DNA of 64,000 bases from Candidatus Cloacimonadales bacterium (GTDB taxonomy: Bacteria > Cloacimonadota > Cloacimonadia > Cloacimonadales > JAFGVF01), in the NCBI GenBank assembly GCA_963677495.2, contig CAXXOU010000003.1, positions 1 through 64,000 on the forward strand, in the 5' to 3' direction. The position numbers were made by a program, and so were the translations under genes. Each line of letters opens with the position of its first letter. The first letter of the stretch is position 1. Under the pieces are notes generated by a model that saw only the letters and a program-made list of their open reading frames with translations, did not search any database and was not told the DNA's origin. Of the stretch, positions 36,169 through 46,209 are shown piece after piece.

Positions 36169-37362
36169 ATGGGAAACAGGATTGATGTTGAGAAAACTGA
36201 TGAAGCTACAAGTAAAAGTTCCTTCCATTATGGGACAGTACTGACTGTATCTTTCGCTCATTTGTCCCATGACTTGTACTCATCTTTCTTAGCACCAATC
36301 CTCCCCCTCCTAATTTCTAAGTTCGGCATTCCATTGTCCGGAGCCAGTCTATTAGATGTGGTAAGGAAGCTACCATCTATATTCAACCCTCTAATTGGCT
36401 TATTGGCAGATAAAGTTAGCGTTAAATGGTTCATCATTATAGCTCCAACTTTAACTGCTCTAACCATGAGTTTGTTAGGAGTAGCCCCGGGTTATCCGAT
36501 AATCCTGCTATTGTTGTTAGTAGCCGGTATTAGTAATTCCATGTTTCATGTTCCTTCCCCAGTTATCATTAAAGAGGTTGCCGGAAGGGAGATAGGAAAA
36601 GGGATGAGCTATTACATGCTTGGTGGTGAACTGGCAAGGAGCTTAGGTCCGTTATTGATAACAACGGCAGTATCGATTTGGGGATTAGAGGGCTCATGGC
36701 GTGTAATGCCTATCGGGTTTGTTGCTTCCATCATACTATATTTTAGACTTAGAAACATCAAGGCCTCTCATATAGGGAAAAAACAGGAAAAGGCATCAGG
36801 AACAATGAAGAAGTTCTACAAATTCTTCTTTCTTATAGGCGGATTGGCTTTCTTTAGAGGTTTAATGCACATATCCTTAACCTTGTTCCTCCCAACATAT
36901 CTAACTCAAAATGGAGCTTCTCTATGGCTATCCGGAGTAGCAATCTCCATTCTCCAGTTAGCGGGAGCAGTTGGAACATTCTTTGCAGGCTCATTATCTG
37001 ATAAATATGGGAGAGAGAGAATATTACTTATAACATCAATTCTCAATCCTATCCTGATGTTTATCTTCATAATAAGTAATACTGTAGCTAAACTACCTGT
37101 CCTAATACTGATAGGATTCTCATTGTTTGCTACCGGTCCTATATTGTTAGCAATGGTTCAGTCAACGAAGAATGATCGCCCTTCCCTAATGAATGGAGTC
37201 TACATGGCCTTGAACTTCGGAATTAGCTCATTAGTTTCAATTCTGATAGGTGTTTCAGGTGACATGATAGGACTAGATAGAACATATGCGATTACTATCT
37301 TTGCAGCATTCTTAACTATCCCCTTCATATTTGGGCTAAAGAGCCACATTAAAAAGATTTAG
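36169..37362 (+). CDS. MFS transporter (Fsr-like)
   Basis: About 12 TM helices; AHLSHDLY...LPLL, GLLADK, FHVP, GSLSDKYGR. Confidence 0.9.
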   Translation: MGNRIDVEKTDEATSKSSFHYGTVLTVSFAHLSHDLYSSFLAPILPLLISKFGIPLSGASLLDVVRKLPSIFNPLIGLLADKVSVKWFIIIAPTLTALTMSLLGVAPGYPIILLLLLVAGISNSMFHVPSPVIIKEVAGREIGKGMSYYMLGGELARSLGPLLITTAVSIWGLEGSWRVMPIGFVASIILYFRLRNIKASHIGKKQEKASGTMKKFYKFFFLIGGLAFFRGLMHISLTLFLPTYLTQNGASLWLSGVAISILQLAGAVGTFFAGSLSDKYGRERILLITSILNPILMFIFIISNTVAKLPVLILIGFSLFATGPILLAMVQSTKNDRPSLMNGVYMALNFGISSLVSILIGVSGDMIGLDRTYAITIFAAFLTIPFIFGLKSHIKKI

Positions 37363-37455
37363 CTTTTCCTAGTTGACAGATTGCAAAAGATATTATAATA
37401 ATGATAACTGATTGAGATTAAGTCAAAATCAGTAACTACAGCTTATTGGGGTAAT

Positions 37456-39924
37456 ATGAGTCGTATATATGAAACAAAGACAGTAAGATTTACTGTTATC
37501 ACTTCTAGATTAATAAGGATTGAGTGGTCTGAAACAGGGGAATTTGAGAATTATAGTAGCCAAGTAATGCTTGACCGTACACAGGATGATTGCAACTGCC
37601 ATTATTTACATAATGAAAAAATCTTAACTTTAACAACAAAATATCTTCATCTTGAATATAACGCAATCGGTGAAAAGATCTCCAAAAAAAATCTTAAGAT
37701 ATCTTACAATTTAGATGATAAGGAGTTTGTTTGGAAACCGGGCAAAGCTGATGCACACAATCTAAAAGGCACAACTAGAACTTTGGATGATACAAATGGA
37801 GAAGAGCTTGAACTAGAGCCCGGCCTTATTTCTAGAGATGGGTGGGTATTGTATGATGATAGTGATTCATTAGTTTTTAATGATGACGGTTGGCTTCAGA
37901 AAAGAAAAAATCCAGATAATATTGACTGGTATTTCTTCGGACATGGCCATGATTATAAGGCTGCACTTCGAGATTTTACTAGGGTAGCAGGAAAAATACC
38001 TATACCACCAAAGTTTGCTTTTGGTTACTGGTGGTCCCGTTATTGGAACTACACTGATTCTGAGTTAAGGAAACTCGTAAATGATTTCAAAAGATTCGAT
38101 ATTCCTGTTGATGTACTTATTATTGACATGGATTGGCACAAGACTTATGGGCTTAGCAAGCATACTAAGGACTATGCCCCCGATGGATCATTAGTAGGTT
38201 GGACAGGTTACACTTGGGACAACAACCTCTTCCCTACTCGCCAAAAGCTTCTATCTGATCTTCATTTACAAGGACTTAAAGTAGCCTTGAACTTACATCC
38301 TGCTTCCGGTATTGCACCTATGGAAGCATGTTACAAAGCTTTCATAGATGAATATGATTGTTCAGATGAAACGGGATATATCCCATTTAGAATGGCTGAT
38401 AAACGTTGGAAAGACACATATTTCAAAACAGTTATAAAACCTTTGGAAAAAGATGGTATTGATTTCTGGTGGCTTGACTGGCAACAGTATCAAACTAGCA
38501 ATGTACTTGAGGGTTTAAACAACACTTGGTGGCTTAATCATATATTCTTCACAGAGATGGAGATAACAGGAAAGAGACCTATCCTCTTTCACCGTTGGGG
38601 TGGTCTTGGGAACCATAGATATCAAGTAGGCTTTTCAGGGGATACCCGGGCAAGTTGGGAATCACTCAGATATCAACCGTACTTCACTGCTACCGCTGCA
38701 AATGTCGGTTACGGTTACTGGAGTCATGACTTAGGTGGGCACTTCCCAAATGGTGAAAGTACAGATCCGGAACTATATTTGCGTTGGGTACAGTTTGGTG
38801 TTCTTAGTCCTATTGTTAGAACACACTCAACCAAAGCTGCCAACATTGAGAGAAGATTCTGGATGTTCCCAGAACACTATGATAATTTCAAAGCAGCAAT
38901 ACATCTTAGATATGAGCTAATTCCATATATTTATTTGTGTGCAAGAGTTGCTCATGAAACAGGGCTCTCAATCTGTCGCCCCATGTACTATGAATATCCT
39001 AATTTGGATGAGGCTTATAAGTACAAGAGTCAATACTTCTTTGGGCAAAGCATCATAGCTGCACCAATAACTGACCCAATAGATAAAGATACACAACTAA
39101 TCGAAAAGGAAGTTTGGTTACCGGAAGGTTACTGGTACGAATGGACTACAGGACGTTACCTTAGAGGAGAAAGAGTTATCAAGCATTCCTATTCAATTGA
39201 TGAAGTTCCCATGTTTGTAAAAGCTGGAGCAATAATCCCTGCAAGAAATATGATAGCTAACTCCACAAATACAGAAAGCGATATAAAGTTCAAAGTTTTC
39301 CCTGGTGAAGAAGGTGAATGTCTCTTTTACGATGATGATGGGAAAACAACTGACTATCTATTAGGTCGTTATGCCAAAGTTGCTCTCAAAGGGAAACGAA
39401 GTAATAACAAATATACTTTAGAGATAAATCATGCTGTTGGTGATTACCATCCCAAAAACTTACATCGTAATGTTACTATTGAATACGTCAATACTCTTCC
39501 ACCAATCCACATCTCGATTAGTACAAGACAAAAAGTTGAAATTGACTATATTGCAGAAGAACTGACCACAAGAGTTTCGTTCGTGAAGGATTGTAATGTA
39601 TCGTTGTATGTTGATGCGGAGTTCCCGAATTTAGACCCAGAACTCCTTAATGGACATAAACGCCTTTTCAATAGATTCAACAAAGCATGTGAAAAGCTCA
39701 AGTATGAAGTAGCAAAAGATGATTGGAGCGGTACAATACCAGACTCTGTACACCTTTTCCAGCAAACTCTTCAAAGAGTATCATACAACAAAGAGCGTGC
39801 TGCAATCGAACTTAGTAAACTTAATGAAAAACTGGAAGAAGTATATAAAGACTTGGAAAATCATCCCTCCATAAGCACTGACTTCCTATCATGGTTTAAA
39901 AACTTTACAATCTTGCAGGATTAA
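37456..39924 (+). CDS. Glycoside hydrolase family 31
   Basis: GYWWSRYW, IIDMDWH, WWLDWQQ, GFSGD, WSHDLGG, RWVQFG. Confidence 0.93.
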   Translation: MSRIYETKTVRFTVITSRLIRIEWSETGEFENYSSQVMLDRTQDDCNCHYLHNEKILTLTTKYLHLEYNAIGEKISKKNLKISYNLDDKEFVWKPGKADAHNLKGTTRTLDDTNGEELELEPGLISRDGWVLYDDSDSLVFNDDGWLQKRKNPDNIDWYFFGHGHDYKAALRDFTRVAGKIPIPPKFAFGYWWSRYWNYTDSELRKLVNDFKRFDIPVDVLIIDMDWHKTYGLSKHTKDYAPDGSLVGWTGYTWDNNLFPTRQKLLSDLHLQGLKVALNLHPASGIAPMEACYKAFIDEYDCSDETGYIPFRMADKRWKDTYFKTVIKPLEKDGIDFWWLDWQQYQTSNVLEGLNNTWWLNHIFFTEMEITGKRPILFHRWGGLGNHRYQVGFSGDTRASWESLRYQPYFTATAANVGYGYWSHDLGGHFPNGESTDPELYLRWVQFGVLSPIVRTHSTKAANIERRFWMFPEHYDNFKAAIHLRYELIPYIYLCARVAHETGLSICRPMYYEYPNLDEAYKYKSQYFFGQSIIAAPITDPIDKDTQLIEKEVWLPEGYWYEWTTGRYLRGERVIKHSYSIDEVPMFVKAGAIIPARNMIANSTNTESDIKFKVFPGEEGECLFYDDDGKTTDYLLGRYAKVALKGKRSNNKYTLEINHAVGDYHPKNLHRNVTIEYVNTLPPIHISISTRQKVEIDYIAEELTTRVSFVKDCNVSLYVDAEFPNLDPELLNGHKRLFNRFNKACEKLKYEVAKDDWSGTIPDSVHLFQQTLQRVSYNKERAAIELSKLNEKLEEVYKDLENHPSISTDFLSWFKNFTILQD

Positions 39925-39984
39925 AAAACTATTGACTTAAGGTACCTACTATTTACAGTTCAGTAGATACCTTAAGGAGTAATT

Positions 39985-40461
39985 ATGATTAAGAGATTGA
40001 TATATACATCTATTTTATGCTTGTTAGTTGTATCACTAATAGCTGACATTTTTCCATCCGGATTCGGTGGCAATCCAAATCCCTTTGCCAATTTCAATAA
40101 CAACAACAGTTCTTTGTTGAATGTTGAGAACCTGGATATGGGGCATACTGTATCTTTTATGGCTGGTGGAAGTAGTAACTCGCAAGGGTTCTATCAATCT
40201 ATGTATACTAATCACATGTTCTATACGATTAATGATAAGTGGAAATTTAATCTTGACCTGAACTTTGTGAATTATGGTACTGCTACCATAAAAGATGACT
40301 TTGATATTGAAGGCAATAACGATAACCGCTCAAACGTCGTTCCCTCTTTCAATATGCAATATAAACCTAATGAAGATACCACTATTGAGTTTCATTTTCA
40401 GTATGGTGGTTACCGGAACAATGGCTTCTGGAATAGATATGATGAGAGGTATAATAATTGA
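39985..40461 (+). CDS. Secreted hypothetical beta-rich protein
   Basis: RBS AAGGAG; signal peptide; amphipathic strands; stop overlaps the next start. Confidence 0.7.
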   Translation: MIKRLIYTSILCLLVVSLIADIFPSGFGGNPNPFANFNNNNSSLLNVENLDMGHTVSFMAGGSSNSQGFYQSMYTNHMFYTINDKWKFNLDLNFVNYGTATIKDDFDIEGNNDNRSNVVPSFNMQYKPNEDTTIEFHFQYGGYRNNGFWNRYDERYNN

Positions 40462-41234
40462 ACCCGTATGATTTACCATTAATTGTTGGTTTAATAGTTT
40501 TTGGAGCTGCTTTTGGCAGCTTTTTTAATGTTTTAGTTTATCGTTTACCAAGGAAAGAATCGATCGTCTTTCCCGGTTCACATTGTCCGGCTTGCCAAAG
40601 AAAGATTCCTATTTGGCTTAATATACCAATCTTAAGTTGGATAATACTAGGTGGAAAATGCAAGTATTGTAAAACAAAAATTCATTGGCACTATCTGATA
40701 CTAGAGATTCTAACTCCGCTTGTTTTCTTAGGGGTTTACTTTGCATTTGGGTCAAGTAATCTGTTCTTAATCTTCAAATACTGCCTATTTTTTGGTTTAG
40801 GATTAGTAATATTCTTCATCGACCTCTTTGAAAGAATCATTCCGGATGTAATAAGCTTGCCACTAATTGCTTTAGGTTTACTCTTTTCTTTCATACCCGG
40901 TAATGATATTACATGGAAGATGTCTCTTCTTGGAGGAGCAATTACATTTGGATTCTTCTACCTTATAGGCTTATGGTATTACTTCACCCGTAAGAAAGAA
41001 GGCATGGGTGGCGGTGATGTTAAATACATCGCAGCAATTGGTACATTCTTTGGTCCAATGAACAGCTTGTTCGTGATAATTGTATCTTGTGCAATAGCAT
41101 TGGTAGTGATGCTACCACTGCTTAGGTTCAAAAAGGAATACTTCCCGTTTGGACCATTCCTCGTCATTGGAGCTTATATCGTGATGCTCTTTCATGACAC
41201 CTTTTTCTCTGCAATTAATTATATTACATATTAG
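40458..41234 (+). CDS. pilD: Prepilin peptidase (A24)
   Basis: GSFFNVLVYRLP, SHCPAC...GKCKYC, FIDL, GMGGGDVK, FPFGPFL. Confidence 0.92.
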   Translation: MNPYDLPLIVGLIVFGAAFGSFFNVLVYRLPRKESIVFPGSHCPACQRKIPIWLNIPILSWIILGGKCKYCKTKIHWHYLILEILTPLVFLGVYFAFGSSNLFLIFKYCLFFGLGLVIFFIDLFERIIPDVISLPLIALGLLFSFIPGNDITWKMSLLGGAITFGFFYLIGLWYYFTRKKEGMGGGDVKYIAAIGTFFGPMNSLFVIIVSCAIALVVMLPLLRFKKEYFPFGPFLVIGAYIVMLFHDTFFSAINYITY

Positions 41235-41243
41235 GAATTTATA

Positions 41244-42266
41244 ATGGCAAATTACACTTTCGGGAGTGATAACCACTCCCCTGTTCACCCACGTATCTTT
41301 GAATATCTTCAAGAAATTAACCACGGTGACGACAAGGCTTATGGCTATGATAAACTTACTGCTAAAGCTGAAGAACTCTTTAGAAAAGAGTTTGGAGCAA
41401 AAACAGAAGTCTTTTTCGTGTTTAACGGCACTGGTGCAAACATACTTTCAATTAGATCGTTCTTACAACCATTCCAAGCTGTTATCTGTGCTGATACTGC
41501 CCACATCAATTGTGATGAATGTGGTGCTCCGGAATTCATTAGTGGAGTTAAACTATTAACTCTACCTAATCAGAATGGTAAACTCACCCCAGAACTGATC
41601 GCTTCACGTTTGCATGATAGAGGTGATGAGCATCATAATGATCCTGCTCTCGTTTCAATCACTCAATCCACCGAGCTGGGAACTGTGTATTCTGTTGAAG
41701 AGCTTAATACACTTACAAAGTTCTGTCACAAACATAATCTTCTTGTTCATATGGATGGAGCACGTATTGCCAATGCAGCAACGACTCTCAACTGCACATT
41801 TAAAGAGATCACAACAGATGTTGGAATTGATGTACTAAGCTTTGGTGGAACGAAGAATGGTCTTATGATGGCAGAAGCTGTTGTTTTTCTCAACCAGTCA
41901 TCACCGAAATGGATTAAGCACCTTAGGAAGCAGAATATGCAGTTAATGTCTAAAATGAGATATCTTTCTGCTCAGTTCATACCTTACTTTGAAGAGAAGT
42001 TATGGCACTCAAATGCTCTAAAAGCAAATCATTCTGCAAAGATCTTGAGAACTAAACTTCAAGGAATCGGTATCAAGATTACACGTCCAACAGATGTGAA
42101 TGCTGTTTTTTGCAAGATACCTAAAGCAATGAAAAAACTCGTCTTACCTCATTACTTCTTCTACACATGGGATGAGAATACTGATGAAGTTAGATTAATG
42201 TGTTCCTTCACAACAAAAGAGAGCGACATAGATAAGCTTATAGAGCTTCTAAAGCAATTCAAATAA
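41244..42266 (+). CDS. ltaE: Low-specificity L-threonine aldolase
   Basis: FGSDN, FNGTGAN, HINCDECGA, HMDGARIANA, SFGGTKNG. Confidence 0.9.
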   Translation: MANYTFGSDNHSPVHPRIFEYLQEINHGDDKAYGYDKLTAKAEELFRKEFGAKTEVFFVFNGTGANILSIRSFLQPFQAVICADTAHINCDECGAPEFISGVKLLTLPNQNGKLTPELIASRLHDRGDEHHNDPALVSITQSTELGTVYSVEELNTLTKFCHKHNLLVHMDGARIANAATTLNCTFKEITTDVGIDVLSFGGTKNGLMMAEAVVFLNQSSPKWIKHLRKQNMQLMSKMRYLSAQFIPYFEEKLWHSNALKANHSAKILRTKLQGIGIKITRPTDVNAVFCKIPKAMKKLVLPHYFFYTWDENTDEVRLMCSFTTKESDIDKLIELLKQFK

Positions 42267-42285
42267 GAATTTACCTTATATAAGA

Positions 42286-42321
42286 AAGTTGAGGGGTTAC
42301 CGGGAGGTAACCCCTCAACTT
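42286..42321. terminator. Perfect 16-bp hairpin; terminator, possibly the 3' end of a minus-strand sRNA
   Basis: AAGTTGAGGGGTTACC-GGGA-GGTAACCCCTCAACTT; the U-rich tail is on the minus strand. Confidence 0.65.
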
Positions 42322-42442
42322 GTGAGGGCATTTATGTAGGGTATGTAGGGATCACTAAAAACACATAAATATAATAACTGGAAAAATAGCCTAGGCAAAA
42401 AAAATAGTTTGACTTATTCATAAATCCTCACATTGTTTAGTC

Positions 42443-42721
42443 ATGAAAAAAGATAATACCATTAAAGAAAGTACTATACTTGTAATAGTCATGATTCTAA
42501 TCATTGCCTTATTCACGATTGTCGGTTACTGGGATTCGATTGGAGAGCGTCAAGCAAAAGATAAAGCTGAATATTACAAAAAAGCTGATGCAATGCAGAA
42601 GAAAATGGAACGACAAAAGAAAGAGAGCTTTGATAGAATTGGTACATCTGGGGGAGTTAATGACTTTGTTAATCCAAAAACCAAGCTATCTGATCTAGAG
42701 AAAGAAAGAGGTAATAAGTAA
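42443..42721 (+). CDS. Small single-TM hypothetical protein
   Basis: N-terminal hydrophobic helix followed by a charged coil. Confidence 0.65.
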   Translation: MKKDNTIKESTILVIVMILIIALFTIVGYWDSIGERQAKDKAEYYKKADAMQKKMERQKKESFDRIGTSGGVNDFVNPKTKLSDLEKERGNK

Positions 42722-42726
42722 TCTCA

Positions 42727-43146
42727 ATGTCCAGAAGAAGAAGGTTTGCAAGAAATAAACTACTTGTTCGTTTGATATTAATACTCCTCTTCCTCCTGTT
42801 GATATTCCATGTACTTGTTCTGTTTCAGGTAATACCATATAGCATTATATGGGGTGGGAATATTGACAATTTTCAAGCCCTAGTTCAGATGGAAACTATC
42901 TCCATTATAGCTACAGTTTTAATTTTTTTAATTACTTCCTTTGGGCTATCTTTTACCATTATCAAGGGAAGCAGTAGATATTCACTTCAATATCGGTATT
43001 CACTTTTGATAATTGCTCTTTTCTTTGTTTTCAATCTCATTACGAACATCATATCTAGGAATACTATCGAAAAGCTTATCTTCATACCAGTGACTTCAAT
43101 TTTCATCCTGCTATATCTTTCACTATTTAGGAACTTAAGTCGCTAA
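42727..43146 (+). CDS. 4-TM hypothetical membrane protein
   Basis: FHVLVL...PYSIIWGG motif; four hydrophobic helices. Confidence 0.7.
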   Translation: MSRRRRFARNKLLVRLILILLFLLLIFHVLVLFQVIPYSIIWGGNIDNFQALVQMETISIIATVLIFLITSFGLSFTIIKGSSRYSLQYRYSLLIIALFFVFNLITNIISRNTIEKLIFIPVTSIFILLYLSLFRNLSR

Positions 43147-43190
43147 TGCTGTTCATTTTCATAATATTATTAGCATCAAATTAATAAAAG

Positions 43191-43217
43191 AAGGCTGACG
43201 AGAATCTCATCAGCCTT
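43191..43217. terminator. Bidirectional terminator
   Basis: AAGGCTGACGAG-AAT-CTCATCAGCCTT between convergent genes. Confidence 0.65.
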
Positions 43218-43234
43218 AATGTCTATTATTGTAT

Positions 43235-43606
43235 CTAACTTTTAGTTCTAACAAAGAATTGGATTATCTGAGGTTGAAAAAACCATATATATAATCCTAG
43301 CAGAATGATTTGTAAAGTAAACAAAAGCCAAAAAACTCTCCTGAACGATTTCTTACTTGTTTTATGATGAAAGAGCCACTGTCCAACAATTGCGAAAGGT
43401 GTTCCACCGCAGAACATAAGCGTATGAAGAACAATCTCAGGTATTCTAGAATAGCCTTTGATAGCCATAAACTTATCTATACCATATGCACCGAAAGTTA
43501 CTAAATTAGCAGATAGTAACCATGAGAATACAGGACCTAAGTAAAGCCAGAAATAGAGTCCTGTTGCAACAGCTGCAATTATGATGAGAGTAGTTATTAT
43601 TCGCAT
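43235..43606 (-). CDS. DUF1294 membrane protein
   Basis: TFGAYGIDK..A....RIPE..L....GG......FHHKTSK. Confidence 0.9.
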   Translation of the reverse strand: MRIITTLIIIAAVATGLYFWLYLGPVFSWLLSANLVTFGAYGIDKFMAIKGYSRIPEIVLHTLMFCGGTPFAIVGQWLFHHKTSKKSFRRVFWLLFTLQIILLGLYIWFFQPQIIQFFVRTKS

Positions 43607-43607
43607 C

Positions 43608-44822
43608 TTACTTACTTTCTACCTCATATCTGAAAGTAACTTCCACACGTCTGTTTTGCTCTCTGCCTTCTTTAGTCTCATTATCAGCTATTGGCTTTAA
43701 CTCGCCAAATCCCAGAATTTCTTCAGTAAACTCTTTTTTACATTTCTGTTTGAGATATTGCACTACCGATTCTGCTCTTCGATAAGAAAGGTCATAGTTA
43801 TAATCTTCAGATCCAACACTATCCGTGTGTCCTGTAATCTTTACAGAAGAAGCAAGAACATTCTTTTCTAGCTTCTTGCAAAGAGCTTTTAAGATCTTAA
43901 TGTTCTCTTCACCAGTATTAAGTAAAGCAGAATCAAACTCGAAATTGAGTTGATATGTTTCAGAGAACGTCTCAATAGTTGGAGGTGGTGGTGGAGGTGG
44001 TGGGATAGTATAAGGTAGTTCTAAGTTCACTATTCTCGGGTATTCGAAGTATTTATCACTAGATTCTAAGGTGAACTTCGAAGGCTTAGATGTATGTTCC
44101 AAATATTTCGCAGAAATACCAGATACATTGTCTCCCATCTCATACTTAAACCAGAAATAACCTAAAGAGTCTGAAAGTGCTTTTTCGTTATCATTAGCAG
44201 AGACAACAGCATTACCAACAGGTTTACCTGTCATTGGATTCCAAATACGACCACTAATAATTTGAGTCCATGGATAAAATCGGTTTAAAATATCTATTTT
44301 ATTGTATTTAGGTACAATTGAAACAATTTCCCACAATGGTCCGGGATTCTTTCCAAATCGCTTGATTTGAGGACTCACGTTGATCAACGAACTAGTAACC
44401 TCTGTAGATTCAGGGGTAGGGTTGCAAATCATATAAGAGACAAGTGTCTTTCTTTTAAAAATCTTCACAATCACCGGTGGCATTTGCACCCCAATATCTG
44501 ACATGTGACTGTTCATTGAGAATGGGTTACGCAGATAGATACGGCATTGATCAACTATTCTTCCAGGTAATGATATTTGATATTTCTGCTTATCAAAGTC
44601 CATTGTACTTGAAGTTTTCTCAATCTTAACACCTGCAAGTCCTTGACTGCCCTGAATCGAGAATTCATCAACAACAATGCTATTATTGCCATCTTCGTCA
44701 ATCACATTAACATAAGGGTTTAATTCAATCTCCATTGAGCTAATCTCAAACTCAATGCGAAAATCAACAGCACTTAATGAAAGTGCGACTAATACTGCGA
44801 TAATTAGTAAATACTTCTTCAT
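43608..44822 (-). CDS. OmpA-family peptidoglycan-binding protein
   Basis: Signal peptide, poly-Pro linker, FEFDS...ITGHTDSVGSEDYNYDLSYRRAESV...NRRVE. Confidence 0.88.
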   Translation of the reverse strand: MKKYLLIIAVLVALSLSAVDFRIEFEISSMEIELNPYVNVIDEDGNNSIVVDEFSIQGSQGLAGVKIEKTSSTMDFDKQKYQISLPGRIVDQCRIYLRNPFSMNSHMSDIGVQMPPVIVKIFKRKTLVSYMICNPTPESTEVTSSLINVSPQIKRFGKNPGPLWEIVSIVPKYNKIDILNRFYPWTQIISGRIWNPMTGKPVGNAVVSANDNEKALSDSLGYFWFKYEMGDNVSGISAKYLEHTSKPSKFTLESSDKYFEYPRIVNLELPYTIPPPPPPPPTIETFSETYQLNFEFDSALLNTGEENIKILKALCKKLEKNVLASSVKITGHTDSVGSEDYNYDLSYRRAESVVQYLKQKCKKEFTEEILGFGELKPIADNETKEGREQNRRVEVTFRYEVESK

Positions 44823-44837
44823 TATTTCTCCATTATT

Positions 44838-44865
44838 AAAAAAGGGCAAAGACTAGCTTTGCCCG
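44838..44865 (-). terminator. Rho-independent terminator after the mltC-like gene
   Basis: Minus strand GGGCAAAG-CTAGT-CTTTGCCC followed by TTTTTT. Confidence 0.7.
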
Positions 44866-44874
44866 AACTCAAAT

Positions 44875-46020
44875 TTATTCAAGCATCTTATAGTACGAAT
44901 CCATACGAGTACGTACTTTCTTTAGATAGTGTCTTGTTTCTTCCCAAGGAACATCTTTCCTGAGCTTCTTATACAGCTTTTCACTATCCATTTCGTTAAG
45001 ATCTTTCATCATCTTATCCCAACGTTTTTGACCAATCTTGTTCATACGACCGGTCATTGCTTTGTAGATAGTACCCCAACCACCATTGAAGCTACATGTC
45101 ACGGCATAATAAAGATTTCTTTTATTCTTAACTTTGGGCCATTTCTTTTCAGCAATCCAGTGAAGATAACCAATACCCATTTCGGCATTGAAGTCTGCGT
45201 CAAAGAGCTGTTTTGATGTTGGAGGTTTCTTCTTGTTGTGGATATATTTATTCATTGTTACACCGGCATATTTTGGTACAATCTGCATTAGACCATAAGC
45301 ATTACCATGACGGTTATAAGCTTTAGGATTAAATGATGATTCAGTCTCAATAATAGCAAGTGCTAAAGGAACATCAACCTTGAATTTCTCGCACATCTTG
45401 AAGACCGTTGGTAAATAATGACTAGCTCTTTTCTTTACCTGATTAGGTATAAGATCTAAATTGATCTTATATACTGTTCGCATCTTACCATCTTTACCTT
45501 TTACTTCTTCAGTCTTTGCATTCTCTACAACAGCTTCAGCAACTTTATCAAGGTTCTTTTCATCAATAACAGCTTCTTTGTCACCAGGTACTTCAACCTG
45601 ATCTTTAAGAATTGCATTACCGGTATCATCTTTCTCTTTAAGAATTGACTTTAACTGTTCTTTAACAATTGCTTTAGCTTTCTCTTTGCTTTTTTCCTCT
45701 TTAGGATCAACAACAGCTTCTACTTGTACTTTTCCCTTTTCAAAATCAACTTCACTACGTCCTTCGAAACCTTTAGTATAACTTACCCAGGTTTTAGGGG
45801 TTGATTCTTTGTAGTTTTTCCACATGTTCTCAATATCTTTCTTGTATTGAATGAAGAGGGAATCCTGTTGGGAATGGAAGTTCGCCATCTCCTTAGCTTC
45901 TTTCTCATAGAAGTTTTGGAAACCTTGTTTATCTTGTTTAGCAAAATCTTCGAATGAATCCTGGGCAAACAAACTCATTGCTAAAATGAGCAAAAGCCCT
46001 ACAAAAACTATCTTTCTCAT
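44875..46020 (-). CDS. MltC-like lytic murein transglycosylase (DUF3393 + SLT domain)
   Basis: AIIETESSFNPKA, AYGLMQIVP, SFNGG, ETRHYLKKV; RBS before ATG 46020. Confidence 0.88.
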   Translation of the reverse strand: MRKIVFVGLLLILAMSLFAQDSFEDFAKQDKQGFQNFYEKEAKEMANFHSQQDSLFIQYKKDIENMWKNYKESTPKTWVSYTKGFEGRSEVDFEKGKVQVEAVVDPKEEKSKEKAKAIVKEQLKSILKEKDDTGNAILKDQVEVPGDKEAVIDEKNLDKVAEAVVENAKTEEVKGKDGKMRTVYKINLDLIPNQVKKRASHYLPTVFKMCEKFKVDVPLALAIIETESSFNPKAYNRHGNAYGLMQIVPKYAGVTMNKYIHNKKKPPTSKQLFDADFNAEMGIGYLHWIAEKKWPKVKNKRNLYYAVTCSFNGGWGTIYKAMTGRMNKIGQKRWDKMMKDLNEMDSEKLYKKLRKDVPWEETRHYLKKVRTRMDSYYKMLE

Positions 46021-46209
46021 ATCTCCTCCAAATTTATTTCTAAAGTCTAATTGCAATAAAATGTATAATAGAATGATTGTTGTCAATATTTTTTCTTGTT
46101 TAAGATAATCATCAATCCGGTTGTTATAAGATTATGAAGACTCGTTTATAGGTACTTTGGAGAAATTAGTTTTGTTGATTCAGAAGTATAAAGTTATATT
46201 AATCCACAA

